From NCBI GenBank assembly GCA_963826525.1, contig CAWGXH010000004.1:1536001-1600000 (forward strand): DNA of 64,000 nt. Direction: 5' to 3'. This DNA is from an uncultured Methanomicrobiaceae archaeon. Its GTDB lineage: Archaea > Halobacteriota > Methanomicrobia > Methanomicrobiales > Methanoculleaceae. A program made the translations under genes and the position numbers. Numbering within the stretch: position 1 is the first letter of the stretch; each line of letters starts with the position of its first letter. Below the pieces are notes generated by a model. The model saw nothing but the letters and a program-made list of their open reading frames with translations, was not told the DNA's origin and did not search any database. Shown here piece after piece: positions 44,080 through 53,274 of this stretch.

Positions 44080-44801
44080 TGCAGCCACAATATCAAATGG
44101 GATATGACCGGGCGATCACCGTATTCAGCCCGGACGGACGGCTTTACCAGGTCGAGTATGCACGGGAAGCGGTCAAACGCGGCACCACCGCCGTCGGTAT
44201 CAAGTGCAGTAACGGTGTCGTGCTGATCGTCGATAAGAGGGTGAGTTCCCGCCTCCTCGAGCCGGTTTCCATCGAGAAGATCTTCAAGATCGACGCACAC
44301 ATCGGAGTGGCATCCTCGGGCCTCGTCGGGGATGCACGGTCGCTCGTGGACAGGGCACGGGTGGAAGCTCAGATTAACCGGGTCTCCTTTGACGAGCCGA
44401 TGGACGTCGAGGTTCTCGCAAAGAAACTCTGCGATCACATGCAGGTCTACACACAGTTCGGGGGCGCCCGTCCCTACGGTACCGCCCTCCTCATCGCCGG
44501 CATCAGCGAAAACGAAGCGCGCCTCTTTGAGACCGATCCGAGCGGTACGCTGCTTGAATACAAGGCGACGGGGATTGGAACCGGCAGGCCTGCGGTCATG
44601 AAGGTCTTTGAGGACGAGTACCGGGAAGACCTGACCACTGAAGATGCGGTTCAGCTCGGGCTCAAGGCACTCCATGCCGCGACCGAGGGGAAGTTCGACG
44701 TGAACACGGTCGAGATCGGCATCGTTTCCCTGGAGGAGAAATCCTTCCGGAAGCTCGAGCGGGATGAAGTAAAAATATTCGTCGACAAGTACGAGCAGTG
44801 A
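44079..44801 (+). CDS. psmA: Proteasome subunit alpha
   Basis: YDRAITVFSPDGRLYQVEYAREA. Confidence 0.98.
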   Translation: MQPQYQMGYDRAITVFSPDGRLYQVEYAREAVKRGTTAVGIKCSNGVVLIVDKRVSSRLLEPVSIEKIFKIDAHIGVASSGLVGDARSLVDRARVEAQINRVSFDEPMDVEVLAKKLCDHMQVYTQFGGARPYGTALLIAGISENEARLFETDPSGTLLEYKATGIGTGRPAVMKVFEDEYREDLTTEDAVQLGLKALHAATEGKFDVNTVEIGIVSLEEKSFRKLERDEVKIFVDKYEQ

Positions 44802-44811
44802 GTCGTCCTGC

Positions 44812-45510
44812 ATGATCCCCCTCGATAAGGCAGTTGTGGCACGCCTTGAAAGCCACGGAGAGCGATTCGAGGTTCTCGTTGACCCTGATATGGCGGTGCC
44901 GGTCAGGCATGGCGAAGCAGTCGACCTTGAAGACGTAGTCGCCGCTGACTACGTCTTCTCGAACGCCGCCCATGCGGAGAAGGCTTCCGAAGAGGCGCTT
45001 TTGAAAGTATTCGCCACAACGGAGTTCGAACCGATCGCCCGCCGGATTATCCAGAAGGGCGAGATTCACCTCACCGCCGAACAGCGCCGTCAGATGATCG
45101 CCGACAAGCGCCGCCAGGTCATCACGTTCATCGCACGAAATGCGATAAATCCTCAGAATAACCTCCCTCATCCCCCGCAGCGGATCGAACTTGCGATGGA
45201 GCAGGTCAAGATCAACATCGACCCGTTCAAGCACCTCGACGAGCTCGTCAAGGAGGCAGTAAAGGCTCTCCGGCCGATACTGCCTATCCGGTTCGAGGAA
45301 GTCCGCATCGCAGTGAGGTTTCCCCCGGACTATGCGGCACGGGCTTTCGGAGAGATTCAGCCGGCCGCCACGATCGAGCAGAACGAATGGCAGAAGGACG
45401 GGTCGTGGATCTGTGTCGTCAGAATTCCCGCCGGGATCCAGGAAGAGTTCTTCAGTCTGGTAAACCGCGTGTCGAAGGGTGATGCCGAGGTCAAACTTCT
45501 GGATCGCTGA
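44812..45510 (+). CDS. SBDS/Sdo1 ribosome maturation factor
   Basis: GERFEVLVDP, GEIHLTAEQRR, PHPPQRIE. Confidence 0.95.
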   Translation: MIPLDKAVVARLESHGERFEVLVDPDMAVPVRHGEAVDLEDVVAADYVFSNAAHAEKASEEALLKVFATTEFEPIARRIIQKGEIHLTAEQRRQMIADKRRQVITFIARNAINPQNNLPHPPQRIELAMEQVKINIDPFKHLDELVKEAVKALRPILPIRFEEVRIAVRFPPDYAARAFGEIQPAATIEQNEWQKDGSWICVVRIPAGIQEEFFSLVNRVSKGDAEVKLLDR

Positions 45511-45572
45511 ACCGTGATTAACTATATTAATCGAAAACGCAAATATAAAAGGACATATCAGAGGTGTGCGGA

Positions 45573-45863
45573 ATGGCAAAAGGCAAACAGAGAGCAAAAG
45601 GAAGGGTTGTCGGAAGTTCCGGTCGTTTCGGACCGCGGTATGGGAGATTTACCAGAAAGAGAGTTAACGAGATCGAGAAGGTCTCGCGTGCCCTTCACAG
45701 CTGTCCGCGCTGTGATCAGATTGCTGTGCGCCGGCAGGGAACCGGCATCTGGGAATGCCGCAAGTGCGGGTTCAAGTTCGCTGGTGGCACCTATGTGCCG
45801 GAGACCCCGACGATGCGTGTCGCTACCCGGAGCATTGAACGCTCAATGCAGAAGGAGGCATAA
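45573..45863 (+). CDS. rpl37ae: 50S ribosomal protein eL43 (L37ae)
   Basis: [24 protein letters not shown]. Confidence 0.97.
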   Translation: MAKGKQRAKGRVVGSSGRFGPRYGRFTRKRVNEIEKVSRALHSCPRCDQIAVRRQGTGIWECRKCGFKFAGGTYVPETPTMRVATRSIERSMQKEA

Positions 45864-45868
45864 TCAGT

Positions 45869-46000
45869 TTGGCAGCCTATAAATGCGCACGGTGCAAGCA
45901 GAAGGTGGATATTGATATTAATATCCGTTGTCCCTACTGTGGACACCGTATCCTCTTTAAAGAGCGTGGAGCCGGAATTAAAGACTTAAAGGCCAGATGA
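45869..46000 (+). CDS. rpoP: RNA polymerase subunit Rpo12 (P)
   Basis: Not in ORF track. TTG start; [33 protein letters not shown]. Confidence 0.93.
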   Translation: MAAYKCARCKQKVDIDINIRCPYCGHRILFKERGAGIKDLKAR

Positions 46001-46401
46001 CGGTCGTCACCACTTCACGCAAACCGCTCCCCGAGGTGCGGTCGTTAGCGCGCGATATGGCTTTTGCCCTCGGGGGAAGGTATTTTACCCGCGGCAAGAT
46101 GGGGATGAGCGAGCTCCTCGCAGAGGATCAGACGGCGCTCGTCCTCTCCAAACAGGGCCGCATCTTTCTTTTACAGGTATATAGCGACGATACGCCTGTT
46201 GCCAGCGTCTCCGTGAGCGGTTTCTCCGTCGAACACCGCGAGGGGGAGATCCGGCGGGGCCTGTACGTGGCCGACCGCCCGGTCTTCGATGACCTGAAGG
46301 ATCATCTCGCGGTCTCTCACGCAGAAGACCTCCGGGAGCATACGATGGAGTTCGACGGGACACAGCGAAAACACTATGTCCTCACGCTGACAGAGCCATG
46401 A
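45997..46401 (+). CDS. Brix-like ribosome biogenesis protein
   Basis: TTSRKP....R..ARD, RGK; conserved position after rpoP. Confidence 0.75.
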   Translation: MTVVTTSRKPLPEVRSLARDMAFALGGRYFTRGKMGMSELLAEDQTALVLSKQGRIFLLQVYSDDTPVASVSVSGFSVEHREGEIRRGLYVADRPVFDDLKDHLAVSHAEDLREHTMEFDGTQRKHYVLTLTEP

Positions 46402-46646
46402 CCTCTTCGGCGACCTTCAGGTTTTCCGGCGAGAGCGCAGGACTTCTCTATCGTTCGATATGTCAGGGGCAGGGGGAGGTCGCCGGTCGTTCGACTGCCC
46501 GGGTCTGGATTCAAGATGATACGACGCTCATGCTCCTGATTACCGCCGCGGATACAGCCGCGCTCCGAGCCGCCCTGAACAGCTGGCTTCGGCTCATCAA
46601 CGTTGCGGACGAGGTTCTCGATCTCGTGCAGGCGACGCGCCCCTGA
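46398..46646 (+). CDS. pcc1: KEOPS complex subunit Pcc1
   Basis: I.AADTAALRAALNSWLRLI. Confidence 0.9.
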   Translation: MTSSATFRFSGESAGLLYRSICQGQGEVAGRSTARVWIQDDTTLMLLITAADTAALRAALNSWLRLINVADEVLDLVQATRP

Positions 46647-46734
46647 GCCGCAACCGGATCGCTCACTTTTTTGCTCTCCCCGTTCTATGTCTGCACTACG
46701 TTCCGGGCGAACGGTCTTCTCCCGTGGTGACGGC

Positions 46735-47508
46735 ATGGATGGTACACTTCGCGCACTGATTCTGGCACTCGGTATCGCTCTCGTACTTGCCGGGGGGTTC
46801 ATCGGCTTCTTCGGGTACGTTGGAGTTATGTACGATCGAACGCTTACGAGCACGTACACGTATGGGGTCGCCGTCGAGACCGATGCTCCGCTCTCGAACG
46901 TGACGCTGTTTCTCCCTCTGCCCGACAACGGTGGGCGTTCGCCGGTTGTCGCGGATGTCGGCGCGGGTGACATCTACGGACTCCCGATGAGCTGGCAGAC
47001 CGGGGTGTACGGCACCGGAAAAGCGACGCTCCTGAAGATTACGGCCGGACGGATAGAGGCGGCATACCGTCCTGCTCCCGTACCTGCAGATCAGGGGGAG
47101 AACCTGACGCCTGCAGCCGGACGTTTGCCTGTCCCTGTCCCTATCGAGCTCATCATCGAGGCGGAGGCAGAGAGACTGATCGATACCCGCTTTCCCGTCG
47201 GGAACAGCACGGTGCTTCTGCCGAAGTTCAACCTGACGGAGGTTCGCTGCGATCTTCCGCATGACCTGCAGGATCCGCCTGCCTGTTACGACTACGAAAC
47301 GTCGTTCTTTGCCGACTACGAGGCGGCACCCGACACCACGGTAACTATCTCCGTCAGCCTGACCGGGTCGAATACGTGGTTTATCTTCGGCTGGTCCGGC
47401 AATGAGTTCCGCGACCGGGCCGTGCTCACGCTCACGGGAGAGAGCCACGGATGGCAATCTGCGGACGGGTCGATGACGGCCGGCATCGGGCTTTATGAGA
47501 TTCTGTAG
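46735..47508 (+). CDS. N-terminally anchored exported hypothetical protein
   Basis: N-terminal TM helix, LSNVTLFLPLP, several N-X-S/T sequons. Confidence 0.75.
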   Translation: MDGTLRALILALGIALVLAGGFIGFFGYVGVMYDRTLTSTYTYGVAVETDAPLSNVTLFLPLPDNGGRSPVVADVGAGDIYGLPMSWQTGVYGTGKATLLKITAGRIEAAYRPAPVPADQGENLTPAAGRLPVPVPIELIIEAEAERLIDTRFPVGNSTVLLPKFNLTEVRCDLPHDLQDPPACYDYETSFFADYEAAPDTTVTISVSLTGSNTWFIFGWSGNEFRDRAVLTLTGESHGWQSADGSMTAGIGLYEIL

Positions 47509-47659
47509 CCGGAGAGGGGCATACAAGCCTCATCTTTTAATGTATGAAGATTCTTATCATGTAGGCAAAGGATGGAGTGCGCATCCCGCGGGAGACCTTG
47601 AGCCGTCCCCATCGCACGTATGAAAAATACTATTGTATGTTAAGAGGAGATCGGTGAAC

Positions 47660-48019
47660 ATGGATAATATTCCGCCAAAAGTCCAGAATCAGCTTGCCAT
47701 GTTGCAGCAGATGCAGCAGCAGCTGCAGACGATCGTGTCGCAGAAGGCGCAGTACGAGATGACGGCACGGGAGGCCAGAAGAGCGGTCGAAGACCTCGGT
47801 GACGTGCCTGAGGATGCGAACATCTACATGAGCGTCGGCAACGTCATGATGCAGCAGAGCAGGGATAAGGTCATATCGACGTTAAATGAGAAACTCGAGA
47901 CACTCGACCTGCGTATCAAATCCCTCGAGAAGCAGGAGAAGGCGCTTCAGAGCCGGTTTGAACAGCTCTCCACTCAGATAAAGGGTGCGCTTGAAGGAAA
48001 GCCTCCAGGCGCCAGTTAG
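47660..48019 (+). CDS. pfdB: Prefoldin beta subunit
   Basis: Coiled coils flanking IYMSVGNVM; operon position. Confidence 0.95.
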   Translation: MDNIPPKVQNQLAMLQQMQQQLQTIVSQKAQYEMTAREARRAVEDLGDVPEDANIYMSVGNVMMQQSRDKVISTLNEKLETLDLRIKSLEKQEKALQSRFEQLSTQIKGALEGKPPGAS

Positions 48020-48090
48020 AAGTCGCTTCCTTTTTTTAAGTCCCCCGGAGACCGGGGTGGGCAGGGATGCCGGTTATCGCTGGGTGTCCG

Positions 48091-49619
48091 TCACTCTTCA
48101 GCCCTCGATACCCGGCAGACGAGGTTGATGGCGTTGACCATCGCCTCGACGGATGCGAGAACGATGTCGTCGCTGGAGCCGCTAGCCTCAAAGACTCTGC
48201 CCCGTGCATCTTCGACGGCGATAGTGACATGACCGAGGGCATCCGTCCCGCCTGATATCGCATCGATATGGAACTCCTTGAGGTGGATGGGGGCGGGAAT
48301 TATGCCGAGGATCGCTTTGACCGCGGCGTCGACGGGGCCGTTTCCGATGCTCGAGAAGCTGTGCTCTTCTCCGTTGACGGTTGCCCGTATACTCGCGGTC
48401 GGGATGAGGTGATTCCCGGTCATGATGGCGATCTCCTGCAGGTCGATGACCTTCGCATCGGCCCGGATCTTCATGACGCTCTCGGCGATCTCGTAGAGGT
48501 CGGCGTCGGTGACCCGTTTACCCTTACTTGCGATGATCTTCACCCTGTGTACGATCTCGTCGAGCTGGGCATCTTCCGGTTCGAGGTGCACCTCGGTGAG
48601 CATCTGCCGCACGGCGTGGCGGCCTGCGTGTTTGCCGAGTTTCAGCCTCCGCCGGTGGCCGACCATCTCGGGTGTCATGATCCCGGGTTCGAAGGTATCG
48701 GAGCGGGTGATGACGCCGTGCGAGTGGATCCCGCTCTCGTGGGCGAATGCGTTCTCCCCAACGATCGGCTGGATGGGCGGTATCTGGATGCCGGCGTAGC
48801 GTGAGACCAGTCGGGAGGTCTCGACAAGGCTTGTGGTGGCGATGCCGGTATTGATGCCGTAGATGGATTCGAGGGTCATCACCGTCTGCGCGAGATCCGC
48901 GTTTCCTGCCCGCTCACCGATGCCGTTGACCGTCACCTGCACCTGAGAGGCACCACCCTCCACCGCGGCGATGGTGTTCGCCACCGCGAGACCGAAGTCG
49001 TTGTGGCAGTGGACGTCGATGGGACAGCGGATCTCCCCTGCGATCCGGGTCACAGCTCCCTCATCGCTGTCGGCGTGATGACGCCGACCGTGTCGGGGAC
49101 GTTGATGACGGTTGCACCGCCCTCGACGGCCGCGTGGTAGACTTCGATTAAGTAGTCCCAGTCCGTCCTCGTTGCATCCATCGCCGAGAACATGCACTGG
49201 CCGAGGTGCTCGCGGACGTAGCCGACGATCGAGCGGGTGATCTCGAGCACCTCCTCGCGGCTCTTCCGGATAGTATGCTCCCGCTGGATGTCGGATGTCG
49301 GGATGAAGACATGGACCATGTCCACATCGCAGTCGAGGCAGACGTCTACATCGGCCTGGATGGATCGCGCCAGTCCGCAGACGTTCGCGGAGAGCGGCAG
49401 CTCGCGGATGGCTTTGACGATCTCTCTCTCGGCTCCGGAGGAAGCCGGGAATCCTGCTTCGATGACATGGACTCCTATGTCGGAGATCTGCTGTGCAATA
49501 CCGAGCTTCTGCTCCCGTGTGAACGAGATGCCCGGGGTCTGTTCACCATCCCTGAGGGTGGTGTCGAAAACAGTAATGTCCTTGTTCGCCTGGCTAGCGA
49601 CGAAGAAGACAGTACGCAT
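48091..49619 (-). CDS. leuA: 2-isopropylmalate/citramalate synthase family enzyme with C-terminal regulatory domain (internal frameshift ~49053; true start uncertain)
   Basis: DTTLRDGEQ, EAGFP, HCHNDFG, GIGERAGN, HESGIH, GNGPVDA. LeuA versus CimA cannot be settled by eye. Confidence 0.88.
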
Positions 49620-49656
49620 CAGCGTACGCGTCTGCGTCGGCGTTCATGCGTTTCAT
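49594..49656 (-). CDS. Putative leader peptide MKRMNADADAYADAYCLLRR overlapping the leuA 5' end
   Basis: ATG 49656 to TAG 49594. Start lies 29 nt below the first base of the TATA box; the only Leu codons are tandem CTT CTT. Confidence 0.55.
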   Translation of the reverse strand: MKRMNADADAYADAYCLLRR

Positions 49657-49675
49657 TCATAACCATTGGGGGCCC

Positions 49676-49685
49676 ATATATATAA
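49676..49685 (-). promoter_or_regulatory. TATA box for the leader-leuA transcript
   Basis: TTATATATAT on the minus strand; typical archaeal spacing predicts a TSS at ~49656. Confidence 0.65.
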
Positions 49686-49769
49686 TGGCGATGGCGGTTC
49701 CGGGGCAGATTGCGGGAGTAGAATCGACATATTTAATAACAACGCCTTCATACATTAGTAGCGCAGTGC

Positions 49770-49876
49770 CCCGCCTTAACTCAGACTGGTAGAGTGCGCG
49801 GCTGTAGTATAGAATCGCCGTTTCGGCGAACTGCGCGGCTACCGCGATGTCCCCGGTTCGAATCCGGGAGGCGGGA
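49770..49876 (+). tRNA. tRNA-Tyr(GTA) with 33-nt intron (49808-49840)
   Basis: CCCGCCT/AGGCGGG acceptor stem. BHB motif: CUGU/GCGG helix with AGU and CUA bulges at the canonical 37/38 position. Confidence 0.95.
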
Positions 49877-49890
49877 TCTCAATCATTGGT

Positions 49891-49963
49891 GCCCAGGTAG
49901 TGTAGTGGCCTATCATGACGGCCTGTCACGCCGTCGACACGGATTCGAATTCCGTCCTGGGCG
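49891..49963 (+). tRNA. tRNA-Asp(GTC)
   Basis: GCCCAGG/CCTGGGC acceptor stem; ACGGC-CTGTCAC-GCCGT anticodon arm. Confidence 0.97.
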
Positions 49964-50243
49964 TTTCCCATTTTCACTGCATTTCAAGTATCGTTCTTAA
50001 GAAGTAGAGCCGCTGCCATGACCGTCATGGCATTCGCCTGACCTGACAGCACATGCTGGCAGGTTTCTTTTGCGTTCCGGTGCCCGTACAGCCGAGTGAT
50101 GTCTCCGGGACTCGCTCGGATTCCTGAGATGAGGCCTGCATCTCTCTCCCTCGTTGTGAGCACTCTATTTATCCCGGGGGGTTTTGCGAAACCTCCCTCG
50201 CCGTGCGAAGGTATAAATATGGGGGTGTAGTGTATGGACTCCT

Positions 50244-50378
50244 ATGCGCGGTCTGGTACACTTGCACCCTGGGGATGCACTCCTGAACAGTATGGGGTAT
50301 ATCATCATCGCCCTTGCAATCGTTGCTTTTGGGAGTCTGGCCTTATTTATGGTCATATCGCTGTCTGAACTGATGTGA
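50244..50378 (+). CDS. Possible small single-TM protein (44 aa)
   Basis: TATAAATA at 50212; ORF ...MGYIIIALAIVAFGSLALFMVISLSELM. Below the ORF-track cutoff. Confidence 0.4.
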   Translation: MRGLVHLHPGDALLNSMGYIIIALAIVAFGSLALFMVISLSELM

Positions 50379-50662
50379 GATCCTCTTCCGGGTGTTTCCG
50401 GAGGATTTAACTACTTTTGACTTTCGCCGCTCGTGGTGCTGCATGCCCGGGCGGGTGATCGTTCTTTTCCTGCCGGTGCTCCCGTTAGCAGCTCCAGGGT
50501 CTGTATCGGTCAATGGTATTTCTTCATCCGGTACATCCGGGTACACCCGGCCGACTCGGCCTGCGTGGGCGGCCATCCGGAGCACGAATGCGGGAGGTTC
50601 ATTACCTATTGCCGGTACAGTATGAAGAAACAGTACCAGAAGTACAAAGGATGTGATGCTGT

Positions 50663-51316
50663 ATGGAGAGAGGCACTGAGCCACACCGCTCGGACAGGGA
50701 TTTTACGGTCGAGAAGGAAGGAGTACAGGCGCTGCGGGAGGCCATGACGGAAGACGGGGATGCGGGCATACGCAGGATGGCATCGATATTCCTGGGGAGT
50801 CTCTCCTGCCCCGAAGCGGTGGATTCTCTGCTTGCCGGCCTTTGCGATCCGGAGAAGGACGTGCGGGCTCAGGCAATGCGGTCACTGGTTGCGATCGGCT
50901 CCCCGTCCGTGAAACCGCTCTCTCCGGCACTCCGGGACGAGGACTGGAGAGTGCGGTATCGGGCTGCAGAAGCGCTCGGGCTGATCGCGGATCCTGCGGG
51001 ATTCGATCCGCTTGTTGCCGCTCTCTCCGATGAAAAGGATCATGTCAGGTACATGGCGGCGAAGGGTCTTGGAAAACTTCGTGATCTGCGTGCCGTTCCC
51101 TTCCTGATCGCCCTGCAGAGCGACGAGAACGAGTATGTGCGGCGGAGTGTCGCCGTATCGCTCGGCGCCATCGGCGGTGAGCAGGCAGCCCGGGCACTCG
51201 ACGGCGCCCTCGATACGGAGACCTGCGAGGGCGTGCGGGACGCGATTGCGGCCGCCCTCCGGGAAGTACGCTTCCGGATCCGTATAGTGTTGCATCTCTC
51301 TAACAGAAACGGGTGA
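50663..51316 (+). CDS. HEAT-repeat protein
   Basis: DEDWRVRYRAAEALG-type repeats. Confidence 0.85.
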   Translation: MERGTEPHRSDRDFTVEKEGVQALREAMTEDGDAGIRRMASIFLGSLSCPEAVDSLLAGLCDPEKDVRAQAMRSLVAIGSPSVKPLSPALRDEDWRVRYRAAEALGLIADPAGFDPLVAALSDEKDHVRYMAAKGLGKLRDLRAVPFLIALQSDENEYVRRSVAVSLGAIGGEQAARALDGALDTETCEGVRDAIAAALREVRFRIRIVLHLSNRNG

Positions 51317-52031
51317 CGATGGCGGTGATGTTATCGCTGCTCGCTCCCGCCTTCGCCGCTGCAACAAGCCTCCTGCACGCTTCGCCCGGGTCAACGGAAA
51401 GAAGCGTCTCCCATATCCGCTCTTCCGGGACGTAATCGTGCAGCCCGTCGGTACTGAGCAGGAGTGTGGCGTTTCGGAGGTCTTTTTCGTAGGTATCGAC
51501 CGAAACAGTCCCGGCAAGGCCGAGGGCTTGTGTCAGGATGTTCTTCTTTGGGTGGCGGGCTGCCTCTCCGGCGCCGATCACCCCTGCATCCACCAGTTCC
51601 TGCACGTAACTATGATCCTTCGTGTGCCAGATCGCGTCCCTGGTGACGATATATGCTCTGCTGTCACCGACCGTGGCGATCCGACAGATCCCTTTCTCAT
51701 CGACGAGCGCGGCGGTCAGCGTTGTCCCCGCATTCAGCCCGTTCTCCAGGTTGTACCGATAAATCGCGGCATTCGCCCGCCGAAACCCGATCGTCAGCAG
51801 GGTGCCGGGGTCGGGGTGCGGCAGGGACTCCAAAAGGGTCTCGGTGAGAATGCGGATCGCCATCGTGCTCGCCACATCGCCCGCCGCATGGCCGCCGAGC
51901 CCGTCTGCAACGGCAAAGATCCGGTATCGCCCGACCTCGCCGGTAAAGAGTGCATCCTCGTTTCTCGCTCTTTTTCCTTGGTCGCTGACAGACGCGACGG
52001 CTCCTCCGGACAGCGGCATCACCCGTATCAT
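51300..52031 (-). CDS. PP2C-family Ser/Thr phosphatase
   Basis: R..NED, VADGLGG, GTT, VGDSRAY, DHS, STDGL, DNIT. Confidence 0.93.
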   Translation of the reverse strand: MIRVMPLSGGAVASVSDQGKRARNEDALFTGEVGRYRIFAVADGLGGHAAGDVASTMAIRILTETLLESLPHPDPGTLLTIGFRRANAAIYRYNLENGLNAGTTLTAALVDEKGICRIATVGDSRAYIVTRDAIWHTKDHSYVQELVDAGVIGAGEAARHPKKNILTQALGLAGTVSVDTYEKDLRNATLLLSTDGLHDYVPEERIWETLLSVDPGEACRRLVAAAKAGASSDNITAIVTRFC

Positions 52032-52178
52032 GGCTATCTATCACACTCCCTCATGGGAGTATCGGTTTTGCGGTCGGTTATCGTGCAGGTGATCCTATCC
52101 GGCAGCACGTATGGGGCGTTGAAACCGGTCTCTCTCTGTTTGAAGTACGACTCCATCCGTGTTCGTCGGAGGGGCTTT

Positions 52179-52925
52179 TCAGATCAGCAGAAGAAGTGCG
52201 GTATACAGAAAAGCACCCAGGACGAATGGCGTTATCCGGCTCTTTCGTTCTTCGGGGAGTTCCTCCTTGAGCACGTTGAGGATAACGCCGCCGGCGAGGA
52301 ACGAGGCGAGGACGGCGACTCCGAGTGCCGAGACCTCGGTCAGGTAGCCGAGAACCCATCCCCCCACCAATGAACCGGTGAGCACCCACCGCCCGATCTC
52401 GTCGTAGTCACGCCGGTGATCCTTTCGCAGTCCGTAGTCGGTGACGAAGAAATGCAGTGCCATCGCCACGGCAAAGAACACGAGGCTGAGTGCACCCGGC
52501 TTTTCCCGGTGGAGCAGGAGATAGCCGATGAGCATATTGTAGATGCCGAAGGAGGTGATGTGCAGCCAGAAGACGTTCCGGCTGGTCGTCGTCCGGTCGG
52601 GGCCGGCAGCAACTGTCTGCTCCTGGGAGTTCCTGACCATGCGCTCAAGCCCGTAAAAGACAACGAGACCGAGAAGAGCGATGATGTATATGTGGTTCTC
52701 GATGGAGACGAGCACTCCGGAGCGGATAGACGCAAGGACGACCTCCTGACCGGCACCGAGCTCGGGGAGCAGGCGGACGAAGATGTATGCCACAGAGACC
52801 CCGCCTGCCAGTGACAGCCATCGACTTCTGGGGATGACATCCAGAAACCGCAGTTTTCCGGCTATCAGGTGCACAAAGACCAGGACGGCCACGGCGATCA
52901 GGGTCAGCGTGACGATGGATACCAT
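52179..52925 (-). CDS. Multi-pass membrane protein (ZIP-like)
   Basis: SLAGGVSVAYIFVRLLPEL, ALHFFVTD, LNVLKEELP. Confidence 0.7.
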   Translation of the reverse strand: MVSIVTLTLIAVAVLVFVHLIAGKLRFLDVIPRSRWLSLAGGVSVAYIFVRLLPELGAGQEVVLASIRSGVLVSIENHIYIIALLGLVVFYGLERMVRNSQEQTVAAGPDRTTTSRNVFWLHITSFGIYNMLIGYLLLHREKPGALSLVFFAVAMALHFFVTDYGLRKDHRRDYDEIGRWVLTGSLVGGWVLGYLTEVSALGVAVLASFLAGGVILNVLKEELPEERKSRITPFVLGAFLYTALLLLI

Positions 52926-53274
52926 CGGGGCTGATGAGGTGCCTTGAGTATATTAGGTGTCTCTCCGTGTGTATCCTGCTTGAGCGGAGTACCCTGCTGG
53001 ACGTTTCGCAGTCCGGCGTTACCACCGATCGAAAGGGTCTTCAATCCCTGCCTGCCCCTCCTCTGCGTAATCGCTCCTGGTTTCTCGCGGTGCTTGTTCC
53101 GTGGTCTATAATCTGATGTGATGCTTCATTGCCACCCGTCGCCCGGTCGGTACTTTTCGGTAGCCGCTTCTCCCCCCTCTCTGCCGGGCGGGGCGGAATG
53201 CATAGGTACGATTGCCCGGTAAGACTGCACGTCTCCTTCTGTCGTTTCCAGAGGAGTCTGGGGGATATTCCAAA

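Noticed and set aside
49619-49660. Alternative short ORF MNETHERRRRRVR* from ATG 49660
   Set aside because: Starts slightly closer to the TATA box than a typical TSS and has no branched-chain codon run. Less favoured than the 49656 leader, but not excluded without TSS mapping.
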